Source: an uncultured Ulvibacter sp. (lineage in GTDB: Bacteria; Bacteroidota; Bacteroidia; Flavobacteriales; Flavobacteriaceae). From it: a DNA stretch of 64,000 nt. Below the pieces are notes generated by a model. It was not told where the DNA came from and did not search any database. It saw only the letters and a list, made by a program, of their open reading frames with translations. The translations under genes and the position numbers were made by a program. Below, piece by piece: positions 41,912-52,242 of the stretch; the first letter of the stretch is position 1, and every line of letters begins with the position of its first letter. Location: positions 59,365 through 123,364 of the forward strand of contig CALSSW010000004.1 of assembly GCA_943789105.1 (NCBI GenBank). Reading direction: 5' to 3'.

Positions 41912-43543
41912 TTATATACTTATTTTGTTTTTTTTTACTTTCTTGAGTACCAAAAAATTTTGTGGGTTTATACCTAGTCCTGAAATTTTTTTTGACACAA
42001 ACCGAACTGCAATGTCATAGTACAAGGGCACTATGGGCGCCTGCGAAATAATAATACTATCCATTTGTGTGTATAAGAGTTTACGTTTGTTGATTTGTGA
42101 AATTTTCTGGGCCTCCACATACAGGCTATCAAAAACTACATTTTTAAAATGTGTGTAATTAGGGCCGTTGGGAGTAAAGTTAGGGCTGTAAAATAGTGAT
42201 AAATAATTTTCGGCATCTGGATAATCTGCTACCCAACTGGCTCTAAATATATCTAGCTCACCACTGCTTTTAAGTTGCCTTAGTGTAGCGGGTGGCATTA
42301 CATCTATTGTAATTGAAATCCCTAACTTTTCTAACTCTCGTTGCATGTACTCACAAATATCAAGGTACTGGCTGTTGGTGCCAATAGTAACCTCTATGGT
42401 AGTGGCTCCTGTTGCTTGTTTATAGGTATTAATAAGCGCTCTTGCTTTTTCTGGATTATAGCTATATCCCTGGATTGAATCAAACCCAGCTAGTCCTTTA
42501 GGTATAAATCCATGCGTGGCGGCAATACCCATACCGTTGCGTAAATAGGTTACCATTTTTTCTCTATCAAAACCATAATTAATGGCTTTCCGAATAAGGG
42601 GAGAGACTACCTCCTTTGATGTAGAGCCCATAAAAAAGCCAAGATACTCTGTGTTTAAATACGGTGTAGTGATGAGCTGTACTCGGTCTTTGTATTTTGG
42701 TTGTAAGGTTCCTTTGGTGGTAATAATCTCATCTTTATAGGAGTTGTCTAGCCCAGTCATAAAATCAATGTTTCCTTGGGCAAACTGTAAAAATTCACTC
42801 TGTTTGTCTGGAAGAAATGTAATGGCCACTGCCTCAAGATATGGAAGCCTATTGCCCTGAGTATCTGTCTCAAAATATATAGGATTTTTTCGTAACACAA
42901 GTTTTACGTTTTCTTCCCAAAACTTAAACACAAAAGGGCCAGTACCCACAGGGTTGCTTCTAAAATCATTCCCATAATAGGCAATCGCTTCTTTTGGTAC
43001 AACAGAGCAATACCGCATAGATAGAAGCCCTAGAAAGGCAGGAAAGGGTTTGTTGAGTTGTACTACCAAGGTAGAGTCATTGGCGGCGTGATACCTTTTT
43101 ACAGCGTTAAACACCCAGCTCCCGGGAGAGGCTAACTCTGGTGATAATAGCCTATCAAAACTGTATACAAAATCTTGTGCAACAACACTCCTTGTACTAT
43201 CTTTTTTAAAGACTTTGTTTTTATGGAAATATACATCATCTCGCAGGGTAAAAGTGTAGGTGGATGTACTGTCGTTAATATGCCAAGACTTTGCTATATC
43301 TGGTTGAATGTTTAATTGATCGTCTAGTTGCACTAAGCCGTTAAACAATTGGTTGCTTGGCCAAATGGTTTGAGGATTTCTAGCAAAGGCAGGGTCTAGA
43401 GTGGCTATATTGCTATGCTCGTTGTACTTAAAGACCAAGTGCTCTCTGTCTTGTTTTTGTGAAGAATTACACCCTTGAAGTACAATAAGCACAAATACTC
43501 CCAAATTAACTTTTAAAAAGAGTGCCCACTTTTGAGAATTCAT
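41912..43543 (-). CDS. Family 5 ABC transporter substrate-binding lipoprotein (peptide/nickel type)
   Basis: Lipobox LQGC, TLDPA, LR.DVYFH, PVGTGPF, W.ADYPD.ENYL. Confidence 0.9.
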   Translation of the reverse strand: MNSQKWALFLKVNLGVFVLIVLQGCNSSQKQDREHLVFKYNEHSNIATLDPAFARNPQTIWPSNQLFNGLVQLDDQLNIQPDIAKSWHINDSTSTYTFTLRDDVYFHKNKVFKKDSTRSVVAQDFVYSFDRLLSPELASPGSWVFNAVKRYHAANDSTLVVQLNKPFPAFLGLLSMRYCSVVPKEAIAYYGNDFRSNPVGTGPFVFKFWEENVKLVLRKNPIYFETDTQGNRLPYLEAVAITFLPDKQSEFLQFAQGNIDFMTGLDNSYKDEIITTKGTLQPKYKDRVQLITTPYLNTEYLGFFMGSTSKEVVSPLIRKAINYGFDREKMVTYLRNGMGIAATHGFIPKGLAGFDSIQGYSYNPEKARALINTYKQATGATTIEVTIGTNSQYLDICEYMQRELEKLGISITIDVMPPATLRQLKSSGELDIFRASWVADYPDAENYLSLFYSPNFTPNGPNYTHFKNVVFDSLYVEAQKISQINKRKLLYTQMDSIIISQAPIVPLYYDIAVRFVSKKISGLGINPQNFLVLKKVKKNKISI

Positions 43544-43623
43544 ATCACGTGTTATTTTAGTATCTTATTACAAAGGTATTATATTCTTTCAATGCGATTG
43601 CTATTATGTTAGTATCTTATTTA

Positions 43624-43653
43624 GGAATAAATCCCTTTATTTGGAATATTTCC
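43624..43653. promoter_or_regulatory. Tandem GGA-N5-TCC palindromic operators (putative SOS boxes) of umuDC
   Basis: GGAATAAATCC at 43624-34 and GGAATATTTCC at 43643-53; a third imperfect copy GGAATATTTTC overlaps the ATG (43669-79). Confidence 0.82.
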
Positions 43654-43666
43654 ATATTTTTACATC

Positions 43667-44035
43667 ATGGAATATTTTCAAGCAGGAAAAATAAAAAAAC
43701 AAGCACCAAATCATAAGCCCAATGTTTCTACCCAAACTGGATTTCCGAGTCCTGCGACCCATTATTTGGAGCCTTCTATAGATCTCAATAAAGAGCTTAT
43801 ATATTATAAAGATGCTACTTTTTATGTGCGCGTATCTGGTAATGAGTGGTCTGAGTTTTCAATGCTAGATGGCGATGTTTTAATTATAGATAGAGCGCTC
43901 ACCCCTAAGGCAGGAAATTTAGTTTTAATAGTACAACTAGGAGCTTTTAAAGTGATACGTTTTCCTGCAACTAGCGGTAGTACTTCTTTTACTGTCTGGG
44001 GTACTATTACATATATAATACACAACACTTTATGA
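43667..44035 (+). CDS. umuD: UmuD-like S24-family protein lacking the catalytic Ser/Lys
   Basis: GFPSPA..Y.E..IDLN, ATFYVRVSG, GDVLIIDR, VWG.ITYII; overlaps the umuC start. Confidence 0.85.
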   Translation: MEYFQAGKIKKQAPNHKPNVSTQTGFPSPATHYLEPSIDLNKELIYYKDATFYVRVSGNEWSEFSMLDGDVLIIDRALTPKAGNLVLIVQLGAFKVIRFPATSGSTSFTVWGTITYIIHNTL

Positions 44036-45300
44036 TTGCGATGGTAGATTGCAATAGCTTTTACGCTTCTTGTGAGCAGGTATTTCGTCCAGATTTGTGG
44101 GGAAAACCTGTGGTGGTTCTCAGTAATAATGACGGTTGTATCATAGCCGCAAACAAACAGGCTAAGGCAATGACTCATATTGCTATGTTTGAGCCTATGT
44201 TTAAAATTAAAAATCAGCTTATTAAAAATCAGGTCACTTTTTTTTCTTCTAACTATACTCTTTACGGAGAAATGTCTCAGCGGGTTATGAATATTTTAGA
44301 AACCTTTTCTCCCAGTGTAGAGGTCTATAGCATTGATGAGGCTTTTATAGATGTAACAGGAATAGCACATATTTCTTTAAAGCAGTATGCAACCCTTATA
44401 AAAGACACCATAGTTACCCATACAGGAGTGCCTGTGGGTATAGGCATAGCACCAACTAAAGTATTGGCTAAATTGGCAAATAAGATTTCAAAAAAGGTAG
44501 AAAAGTTTGATTACGTATGTGTTATTGACACAGATGAAAAACGAACTAAAGCGCTTAAATGGGCCCAAACTAAAGATGTTTGGGGTTTGGGCAAAAAACA
44601 CCAGGCGCGCCTTAAAAACATAGGAGTATTTACAGCCTATGAGTTTACGCAACTTCCTTTGGCTTGGGTGAGAAAAGAAATGACCGTAGTTGGAGAGCGC
44701 CTATGGAGAGAGCTAAGAGGGGAGTCTTGTATTGAGTTTCAGACCATGCCAAAGAGTAAAAAGGCAATTGGGACTTCCAAATCTTTCGGAAAAAAACTAG
44801 AAGATTTACCGCGTATAGAAGAGGCCTGTGCGTATTATATAAGTGAAGTAGCTGAGGTGTTACGGGCTCAAAAATCTTGTGCAACCTATATACAGGTTTT
44901 TATAACTACAAATCGGTACAGCAATGCCGATAAGCAGTACAGTAATAGTTGTACCATTACCATACCCGTACCTACAAACAACACCTTTATATTAACACAA
45001 CAGGCACGCAAAGCATTACAACGTATATACCGGCCAGGCTACCGTTATAAAAAGGTTGGTGTTAATCTTACAGGATTAATACCTCAGCAGTATGTACAAG
45101 GTAACTTGTTTCAAAGCCCTGCCTTATATGATAAACGTTTAATGAATGTAATAGATGCGCTAAACCATAAGTTTGGCAAAGCTACAGTAGGATCTGCACT
45201 GGTGGGTACTAGAGTAGCGCAGTGGGAGCTTGTCAAAAAAGACCGTAGCAACCGCTACACCACACAGTGGGGGGAATTATTAGAATTAAAAAACAAATAA
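44032..45300 (+). CDS. umuC: Y-family DNA polymerase V catalytic subunit UmuC
   Basis: DCNSFYASCEQVFRPDL, VLSNNDGC, YSIDEAF, C-terminal S.RYTTQW.EL. Confidence 0.95.
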   Translation: MIAMVDCNSFYASCEQVFRPDLWGKPVVVLSNNDGCIIAANKQAKAMTHIAMFEPMFKIKNQLIKNQVTFFSSNYTLYGEMSQRVMNILETFSPSVEVYSIDEAFIDVTGIAHISLKQYATLIKDTIVTHTGVPVGIGIAPTKVLAKLANKISKKVEKFDYVCVIDTDEKRTKALKWAQTKDVWGLGKKHQARLKNIGVFTAYEFTQLPLAWVRKEMTVVGERLWRELRGESCIEFQTMPKSKKAIGTSKSFGKKLEDLPRIEEACAYYISEVAEVLRAQKSCATYIQVFITTNRYSNADKQYSNSCTITIPVPTNNTFILTQQARKALQRIYRPGYRYKKVGVNLTGLIPQQYVQGNLFQSPALYDKRLMNVIDALNHKFGKATVGSALVGTRVAQWELVKKDRSNRYTTQWGELLELKNK

Positions 45301-45312
45301 ATAAGTGTGTAT

Positions 45313-45353
45313 CTGCCACCATGTCAGTCTTTTTTGGGTGGCACAATCATTGA
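45313..45353 (+). promoter_or_regulatory. Putative sigma54-type (-24/-12) promoter of dnaK with an upstream imperfect palindrome
   Basis: TGGCAC-AATCA-TTGA at 45339-53; CTGCCA-CCA-TGTCAG at 45313-27. Confidence 0.55.
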
Positions 45354-45427
45354 CTTATGGTTAATGTCTTTAGGAATATTTTCCTTTAGATAATTAAACT
45401 GAATTTTAAAATACATATTTATAAGTT

Positions 45428-47323
45428 ATGAGTAAAATAATTGGAATAGACTTAGGGACAACCAACTCTTGCGTATCTGTAATGGAAGGTAGCGAACCAA
45501 CGGTAATCCCAAACGCTGAAGGAAAAAGAACAACACCATCTGTAATTGCTTTTGTAGAGGGTGGTGAAATTAAAGTAGGAGACCCTGCCAAAAGACAGGC
45601 AGTAACAAACCCTACTAAAACCATATCTTCTATAAAACGTTTTATGGGAAATAAGTACAGTGAATCTTCTGTTGAAGCTAAACGTGCTGCATTTACTGTA
45701 AAAAAAGGAGATAACGATACACCACGTGTTGATATTGATGGTCGTTTGTATACCCCACAAGAATTGAGTGCAATGATATTGCAGAAAATGAAAAAAACAG
45801 CCGAAGATTACTTAGGCCAAGACGTAACACGTGCTGTAATTACGGTACCTGCTTACTTTAATGATAGCCAACGTCAAGCCACTAAAGAAGCTGGTGAGAT
45901 TGCTGGATTAAAAGTAGAACGTATTATTAATGAGCCAACAGCGGCTGCATTAGCATATGGTCTTGATAAGAAAAGCACAGACCAGAAAATTGTAGTATTT
46001 GATTTTGGTGGTGGTACTCATGATGTATCTATCCTTGAATTAGGAGATGGTGTATTTGAGGTATTAGCAACAGATGGTGACACGCACCTTGGTGGTGATG
46101 ATGTTGATCAAAAAATCATTAGCTGGCTAGCAGACGAGTTTCAATCAGAAAATGACATGGATCTTCGTAAAGACCCAATGGCATTACAACGTTTAAAAGA
46201 AGCTGCAGAGAAAGCGAAGATTGAATTATCTTCTTCTGCACAAACAGAAATAAACTTGCCTTACGTAACAGCAACAGCTAGTGGGCCAAAGCACTTGGTT
46301 AAAACACTAACACTTGCTAAGTTTGAGCAGTTAATTGATGATTTAGTAAAAAGAACTATTGAGCCTTGCCAAACTGCTATGAAATCAGCTGGACTAAGCA
46401 ACAGTGATATTGATGAGGTAATTTTAGTAGGAGGATCAACACGTATTCCTGCAGTACAACAAGCAGTAGAGAAGTTCTTTGGTAAAGCGCCAAACAAAGG
46501 AGTAAATCCAGATGAGGTGGTAGCAGTAGGTGCCGCTATTCAAGGTGGAGTATTAACTGGAGATGTAAAAGATGTATTGCTTTTAGACGTAACACCACTT
46601 TCTCTAGGTATTGAAACCATGGGAAGTGTAATGACAAAGCTTATTGAGGCAAACACTACGATTCCTACAAAGAAGAGTCAAGTATTCTCAACAGCAGCAG
46701 ATAATCAACCCTCTGTAGAGATTCATGTGCTTCAGGGAGAGCGCCCAATGGCAAATGACAACAAGACAATTGGTCGTTTTCATTTAAGTGATATTCCACC
46801 AGCACAACGTGGAGTTCCTCAAATTGAAGTAACCTTTGATATTGATGCCAATGGTATTATCAAGGTAAGTGCTGAAGATAAAGCTACCAACAAAAAACAA
46901 GATATTAGAATCGAAGCTTCTTCAGGACTTACAGAAGATGAAATCCAAAAGATGAAGCAAGAGGCTGAAGCCAATGCAGATGCAGATAAGATTGCTAAAG
47001 AAACGGCAGACAAAATCAATGAAGCAGATGGTATGATCTTCCAGACAGAAAAGCAATTAACAGAGTTTGGTGAAAAATTATCTGACGATAAGAAAAAGCC
47101 AATTCAAGATGCTTTAGAAGACCTCAAGAAAGCCTACGATAGCAAAGACCTTGAAACAATCCAGCCAGCGCTAGATAAGATCAATGAAGCTTGGAAAGTA
47201 GCAAGTGAAGAAATGTACAAAGCACAAGCAGATGGACAAGCAGGCGAAGGGCCCGCAGCAGATCCAGCAGAGGGTGATCAAAGTGCAGATGTAGAAGATG
47301 TAGACTTTGAGGAAGTAAAATAA
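45428..47323 (+). CDS. dnaK: Molecular chaperone DnaK
   Basis: [32 protein letters not shown]. Confidence 0.99.
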   Translation: MSKIIGIDLGTTNSCVSVMEGSEPTVIPNAEGKRTTPSVIAFVEGGEIKVGDPAKRQAVTNPTKTISSIKRFMGNKYSESSVEAKRAAFTVKKGDNDTPRVDIDGRLYTPQELSAMILQKMKKTAEDYLGQDVTRAVITVPAYFNDSQRQATKEAGEIAGLKVERIINEPTAAALAYGLDKKSTDQKIVVFDFGGGTHDVSILELGDGVFEVLATDGDTHLGGDDVDQKIISWLADEFQSENDMDLRKDPMALQRLKEAAEKAKIELSSSAQTEINLPYVTATASGPKHLVKTLTLAKFEQLIDDLVKRTIEPCQTAMKSAGLSNSDIDEVILVGGSTRIPAVQQAVEKFFGKAPNKGVNPDEVVAVGAAIQGGVLTGDVKDVLLLDVTPLSLGIETMGSVMTKLIEANTTIPTKKSQVFSTAADNQPSVEIHVLQGERPMANDNKTIGRFHLSDIPPAQRGVPQIEVTFDIDANGIIKVSAEDKATNKKQDIRIEASSGLTEDEIQKMKQEAEANADADKIAKETADKINEADGMIFQTEKQLTEFGEKLSDDKKKPIQDALEDLKKAYDSKDLETIQPALDKINEAWKVASEEMYKAQADGQAGEGPAADPAEGDQSADVEDVDFEEVK

Positions 47324-47345
47324 TACAACTCAAGTATATATATAT

Positions 47346-47381
47346 AAATCCCGCAACGAAACTTCGTTGCGGGATTTTTTT
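47346..47381. terminator. Intrinsic terminator of dnaK
   Basis: AAATCCCGCAACGAA-AC-TTCGTTGCGGGATTTTTTT. Confidence 0.92.
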
Positions 47382-47419
47382 GTTTAATACCTATAGTATT
47401 TATTCAAAAATTTGAATAC

Positions 47420-48064
47420 TTAATTAGTAGCAATCCCGAGTATCGATGGTCCATGAACTTCATGGACACCATCAAAAACTAAGGAGGTAAGGTTAGGACC
47501 AAAAAGGGCTGTTGCTTTACGTGTTTCTTCTGTTTTTCTGGCCTTAGTGATATACTGGTCTTTATCTCCATATAGATAGGTAGTATGGGTACTACCATCA
47601 AGATGACTAAAATCTTTTGGGGTTAATTCTTTTGGGATGCCACCACTGTGCAAAATAAGCTTTTTACAAGATATCTTTCTAGAGGCCAACCATCGAGTAG
47701 CAATTGAGACTCCTTGGGAGTATCCTAAAACAATTAGATTTGTGTTTGGGTCTATGTTTTCTTGAGCAACTACTTGATCTACATATCTTAACACATTATT
47801 GGTTTCTAAAACAGTATTTTCTTTGGTAAGCCAGCATGCCCCCACGTGTTTAAAGTCCTCTCCTAAATAAAACTTTGATGGTGCTTGTGGACAAATGATA
47901 TAATTCTCTGTAGGATCTAGTATTTCAAAATGACGTAAAAAGTAACGACTCAAAAAGCCTAAGCCATGAAAAACAAGCCACACATTTTTAGTTGTATTGC
48001 TGTAAGAGTTAAGAGTTTGGTATGTATTGGTTGATTTGTAAGAAACTTGTTTTTCTAATCCCAT
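47420..48064 (-). CDS. Alpha/beta hydrolase (esterase)
   Basis: FHGLG, GYSQG nucleophile elbow, YGDKD, FDGVH. Confidence 0.85.
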   Translation of the reverse strand: MGLEKQVSYKSTNTYQTLNSYSNTTKNVWLVFHGLGFLSRYFLRHFEILDPTENYIICPQAPSKFYLGEDFKHVGACWLTKENTVLETNNVLRYVDQVVAQENIDPNTNLIVLGYSQGVSIATRWLASRKISCKKLILHSGGIPKELTPKDFSHLDGSTHTTYLYGDKDQYITKARKTEETRKATALFGPNLTSLVFDGVHEVHGPSILGIATN

Positions 48065-48108
48065 TTTTTAAAGTCTGTTTTGTAACTTTACAAATGTAAG
48101 ACAAGCAT

Positions 48109-48528
48109 ATGAAACTATCTAAAGACGAAATTTTAGCAAGCTGTGCACAGATGTGTAAAAACACATTAATGGAAACCTTGAATATTGAGTTTGTAGATGT
48201 TACTCAAGATACCATCACAGCAAGAATGCCAGTAAATTCTAGAGTACATCAACCAGATGGAGTATTGCATGGAGGCGCCTCTGTTGCCCTGGCAGAGAGT
48301 GTTGGTAGTGCAGGCGCTTATATTTTTCTACCAAATGAAAATGTAAGTATTCGTGGTATTGAAATTGCAGCAAATCATGTAAAAAGTATTCGAGAGGGTT
48401 TTGTATATGCCCATGCCACTATATTACACAAAGGTAGAACTACCCAACTTTGGCAGATTAGGATTGAGAATCAGGACAAAGAATTAATCTCATTAGTGAA
48501 ATTAACTACCTTAACCCTGGTTAAGTAA
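48109..48528 (+). CDS. menI: PaaI/hotdog thioesterase, probable DHNA-CoA hydrolase (MenI-like)
   Basis: HQPDGVLHGGASVALAES, GRTTQLW; first gene of the men cluster. Confidence 0.8.
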   Translation: MKLSKDEILASCAQMCKNTLMETLNIEFVDVTQDTITARMPVNSRVHQPDGVLHGGASVALAESVGSAGAYIFLPNENVSIRGIEIAANHVKSIREGFVYAHATILHKGRTTQLWQIRIENQDKELISLVKLTTLTLVK

Positions 48529-48531
48529 TTA

Positions 48532-49605
48532 ATGGATTATACAGCCCTACTTCAAAAAATAAAAACACACTGGGAGCAACAGCTTCCATTTGTAATATAC
48601 GCTGCCCCTCAGCAAACCAAAGCACACGTTTTATTACAGCAAGATGCTACCTATTATAGTGCTAAAGGTTTTACCAGTACCGGTTTTGTTTTTGCACCCT
48701 TTGACAACACAAATACATGGTTTTGTATCCCCGAAGCCTTTTCAGAAAAAATATCCCTAGAGGTACATGGGTCTAGTGTTTTAAATACTGATACTCCCTT
48801 TTTTCAAGAACTTGTTTCAGATAAAGAAAAACACCTTGTATATGTGTCTGAAATTTTAGAGAACATCAAAAACAAAACAGTTGAAAAAGTAGTAGCCACT
48901 AGAAAAAAAGAAATTTCTCTTACTAGTTTTGATTTAAGTGAATTAATAAGGCGAATTATCTCAATGGATACTGCGGCCTTTAGATATGTTTGGTATCACC
49001 CAAAAACAGGTATTTGGTGTGGCGCTTCTCCTGAGGTTTTACTGGTGAGTGAAGGAGCTAATTTTTCTACAATGGCCTTGGCAGGAACACAAAAAGTATC
49101 CTTAGATACAAATCCTACTTGGGGCCAAAAAGAAACCTTTGAGCAACAATTAGTAACCCAGGCAATTACTACAAATCTTAAAAAAATTACTACATCATTA
49201 AAGGTGTCTTCTCCAAAGACCCACAAAGCAGGATCCTTATACCATATAAAAACGCAGATAAAGGGAGCCTTTGATATACAAAAAACAACTCTGGCTAAAA
49301 TAGCCTCTGTTTTACATCCAACACCCGCTGTTTGTGGATCGCCAAGGGATTCCGCTTTTGCTATTATACAACAACTTGAAGGCTATAATCGTGAGTTTTA
49401 CACAGGCTTTTTAGGACCCTTAGATACCAAAAAAAATACAGCTCAATTATATGTTAACCTGCGGTGTATGAAGATAAGTCCTACAAAGGCGACGCTATTT
49501 GTGGGTGGCGGTATTACTTTAGATTCTAGCCCAGAGCAGGAGTGGCAGGAAACTAAAAATAAAATGACTACTATGCTTTCAGTACTTGACGCAATGGTAC
49601 CATAA
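48532..49605 (+). CDS. menF: Isochorismate synthase
   Basis: GASPE, ALAGT, LHPTPAVCG, R.FYTG, NLRC, GGGI...S.PE.EW.ET..K. Confidence 0.88.
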   Translation: MDYTALLQKIKTHWEQQLPFVIYAAPQQTKAHVLLQQDATYYSAKGFTSTGFVFAPFDNTNTWFCIPEAFSEKISLEVHGSSVLNTDTPFFQELVSDKEKHLVYVSEILENIKNKTVEKVVATRKKEISLTSFDLSELIRRIISMDTAAFRYVWYHPKTGIWCGASPEVLLVSEGANFSTMALAGTQKVSLDTNPTWGQKETFEQQLVTQAITTNLKKITTSLKVSSPKTHKAGSLYHIKTQIKGAFDIQKTTLAKIASVLHPTPAVCGSPRDSAFAIIQQLEGYNREFYTGFLGPLDTKKNTAQLYVNLRCMKISPTKATLFVGGGITLDSSPEQEWQETKNKMTTMLSVLDAMVP

Positions 49606-49633
49606 TTCTATTGGTATCACTATCTTTGCTTAG

Positions 49634-51301
49634 ATGCAATTTTCTAGTAAAATACTCTCTCAAACCGTAACAAAACTCTGCTTAGACAAAGGTATTGATC
49701 ATATCGTTATTTCTCCTGGATCCAGAAATGCAGCCCTGACTATTGGCTTTACGGGTAACGAGTCTTTCTCAAACTTTTCAATTGTAGACGAGCGTTGTGC
49801 AGCATTTTTCGCATTAGGGCTAGCACAGCAATTACAGCGTCCTGTTGCACTAGTTTGCACCTCAGGCTCTGCACTACTTAATTATTATCCTGCCATTGCA
49901 GAGGCGTATTATAGTGATGTGCCTTTGGTGGTTTTATCTGCAGATCGTCCAGCTCATTTGCTTGAAATTGGAGACGGCCAAACCATAAAACAAGAAAATG
50001 TATTTGCCAATCATATATTATTTAACGGGGCTTGTAAAGAAGGAGATACACACCAAAGTTATAATGAAAACCAAATAAATACAGCGCTTTCTATAGCCAT
50101 TAGCCGAAGAGGCCCTGTACATATTAATTTGCCTTTTTCTGAGCCTTTATATGATATAGTAGCTATACCCTCAGTTTTTCCAGATAATTCCTCTGCTGTT
50201 GTTGCAAAACAAAATGATAATCAAGAGCTAATTTCTGAAATCGTAACCCACTGGAATACATCTTCAAAGAAAATGATTCTAACCGGTGTATTGGCTCCAG
50301 ATAGCCTGGACGCTTCAATTATTAGTCAATTAGCAGACGATACTAGCCTAGTTGTGTTAACAGAGACCACCTCTAATGTGCATCACTCTAACTTTTTCCC
50401 CGCTATAGATCAATTAATAGCTCCACTACATACTAGTGATTTTGAAGCCTTACAGCCCAAGGTTTTAATCACTTTTGGTGGTATGGTGGTATCAAAAAAG
50501 ATAAAGAAATTTTTAAGGGATTACCCTCCAATGGTTCATTATCATATAGATTCAAAAAAAGCATTTGACACTTATTTTTGTTTGACAAAGCATGTGCCTT
50601 GTTCTCCAAACCACTTTTTTAAAGAATTTTTATCCCTTACCCAAAAAACCATTAGTACCTACCAACAAGATTGGTTAAGAGTTAAAAACCAAAGATTACA
50701 AAAACACGATTTGTATCTTAATGAGATTCCATTTTCAGATTTTTCGGTCTTTTCTCAACTCTTTAAAACGCTACCTAGTGATATACAATTACAATTAAGT
50801 AATAGTTCAACCATACGCTATGGGCAATTATTTGAAATGAACCAATCACATTCTGTTTTTTGTAATAGAGGAACCAGTGGTATAGATGGCAGTACATCAA
50901 CAGCTATTGGTGCGGCGCACGTGTGTAAAACACCAACGGTTTTTATAACCGGTGATTTGAGTTTCTTTTATGACAGCAATGCACTTTGGAACCAATATAT
51001 TGCAAGTGATTTTAAAATCATAATCATTAATAATAGTGGTGGAGGTATTTTTAGAATTCTGCCAAATGCAAAACAGGTTCCTTCATTTAGTACGTTTTTT
51101 GAAACTAAGCATCAACTAACTGCCAAACAGCTAAGTGAAATGCATGGTTTTGGGTACCAAAGCGCCAATGATATGCCTACTTTAAAGACGCAACTTGCAA
51201 GCTTTTTTAAAAATTCTGAGACACCTCAAATTTTAGAAATATTTACTCCCTCAGACATTAATGAAACTATACTGTTGTCTTATTTTGACTATATAAAATA
51301 G
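49634..51301 (+). CDS. menD: SEPHCHC synthase
   Basis: SPGSRNA, DERCAAFFALG, CTSGSA, NRGTSGIDG, GDLSFFYD, NNSGGGIF. Confidence 0.96.
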   Translation: MQFSSKILSQTVTKLCLDKGIDHIVISPGSRNAALTIGFTGNESFSNFSIVDERCAAFFALGLAQQLQRPVALVCTSGSALLNYYPAIAEAYYSDVPLVVLSADRPAHLLEIGDGQTIKQENVFANHILFNGACKEGDTHQSYNENQINTALSIAISRRGPVHINLPFSEPLYDIVAIPSVFPDNSSAVVAKQNDNQELISEIVTHWNTSSKKMILTGVLAPDSLDASIISQLADDTSLVVLTETTSNVHHSNFFPAIDQLIAPLHTSDFEALQPKVLITFGGMVVSKKIKKFLRDYPPMVHYHIDSKKAFDTYFCLTKHVPCSPNHFFKEFLSLTQKTISTYQQDWLRVKNQRLQKHDLYLNEIPFSDFSVFSQLFKTLPSDIQLQLSNSSTIRYGQLFEMNQSHSVFCNRGTSGIDGSTSTAIGAAHVCKTPTVFITGDLSFFYDSNALWNQYIASDFKIIIINNSGGGIFRILPNAKQVPSFSTFFETKHQLTAKQLSEMHGFGYQSANDMPTLKTQLASFFKNSETPQILEIFTPSDINETILLSYFDYIK

Positions 51302-51393
51302 GGTTTATACTTATTTCATTAAACCCAATCTACTGCTAGTTAATTAAAGGTTTTATTATTTTTTTGATAGATGAAAAGTGTACCTTTGCCACT

Positions 51394-52227
51394 ATGATAC
51401 GATTAGGAGAATACAATACATTAGAGATTTTAAGGGAGACAGATCCCGGCTTGTATTTGGGTGATACTGAAGAAAATGTAGTTTTACTACCACATAGATA
51501 CAAACCAGAGAATTTCAATATTGGCGATATGCTTGAAGTGTTTGTATATCTTGATTATGAAGAGCGTCCAGTTGCAACTACCTTAACTCCTCATGTACTT
51601 CTTAATGATTTTGGATACCTGCATTGTAGTGATGTAAATGAGTTTGGAGCCTTTATGGACTGGGGTGTACAAAAACAATTATTTGTACCCTTTAAAGAAC
51701 AAGCTAGGCCAATGAAGGTGGGTAATTGGTATATTGTTTATTTGTCTATGGATGAGCAAACTAGCAGGCTTGTGGGTTCCAGTAAAACAAATAAATATTT
51801 AAACAACGATACTGTAACCCTAGAAAAATTTGATGAAATTTCCATTATGGTAACTCATATTACAGACCTTGGTGCTAATGTTATTATAAATGGTAAACAT
51901 AAAGGGCTTATTTTTATTAATGATATTTTTGAAGACATTCGTACTGGAGATACCATGAAAGCTTTTGTTAAAAGCGTTAGAGAGGACAATAAAATAGATG
52001 TAGTATTACAATCTCCAGGATATAGAAGTATAGAACCTAACGCCAATTTTATATTAGATGAACTTAAGGCAGCAGGAGGGTTTATGCCGCTACATGATAA
52101 GTCTGACCCACAGGATATTAAAAATGAGCTAGGGATGAGCAAAAAGAGCTTTAAAAAAGCAATTGGCACTCTTTACAAAGACAAGCAGATAGTAATTAAG
52201 CCTGACGGTATAGAATTGGTAGTCTAA
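51394..52227 (+). CDS. CvfB-family S1 RNA-binding protein
   Basis: G.YNTL, GAFMDWG..KQLFVP, DKS.P..I...LGMSKKSFKKAIG.LYK; start reset to ATG 51394. Confidence 0.9.
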   Translation: MIRLGEYNTLEILRETDPGLYLGDTEENVVLLPHRYKPENFNIGDMLEVFVYLDYEERPVATTLTPHVLLNDFGYLHCSDVNEFGAFMDWGVQKQLFVPFKEQARPMKVGNWYIVYLSMDEQTSRLVGSSKTNKYLNNDTVTLEKFDEISIMVTHITDLGANVIINGKHKGLIFINDIFEDIRTGDTMKAFVKSVREDNKIDVVLQSPGYRSIEPNANFILDELKAAGGFMPLHDKSDPQDIKNELGMSKKSFKKAIGTLYKDKQIVIKPDGIELVV

Positions 52228-52242
52228 ATAGATGAATCATAT

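Noticed and set aside
45373-45384. GGAATATTTTCC as a true SOS box for dnaK
   Set aside because: The spacer is 6 bp rather than 5 and the site is unpaired, so it is not called as a feature; mentioned only as a possibility.
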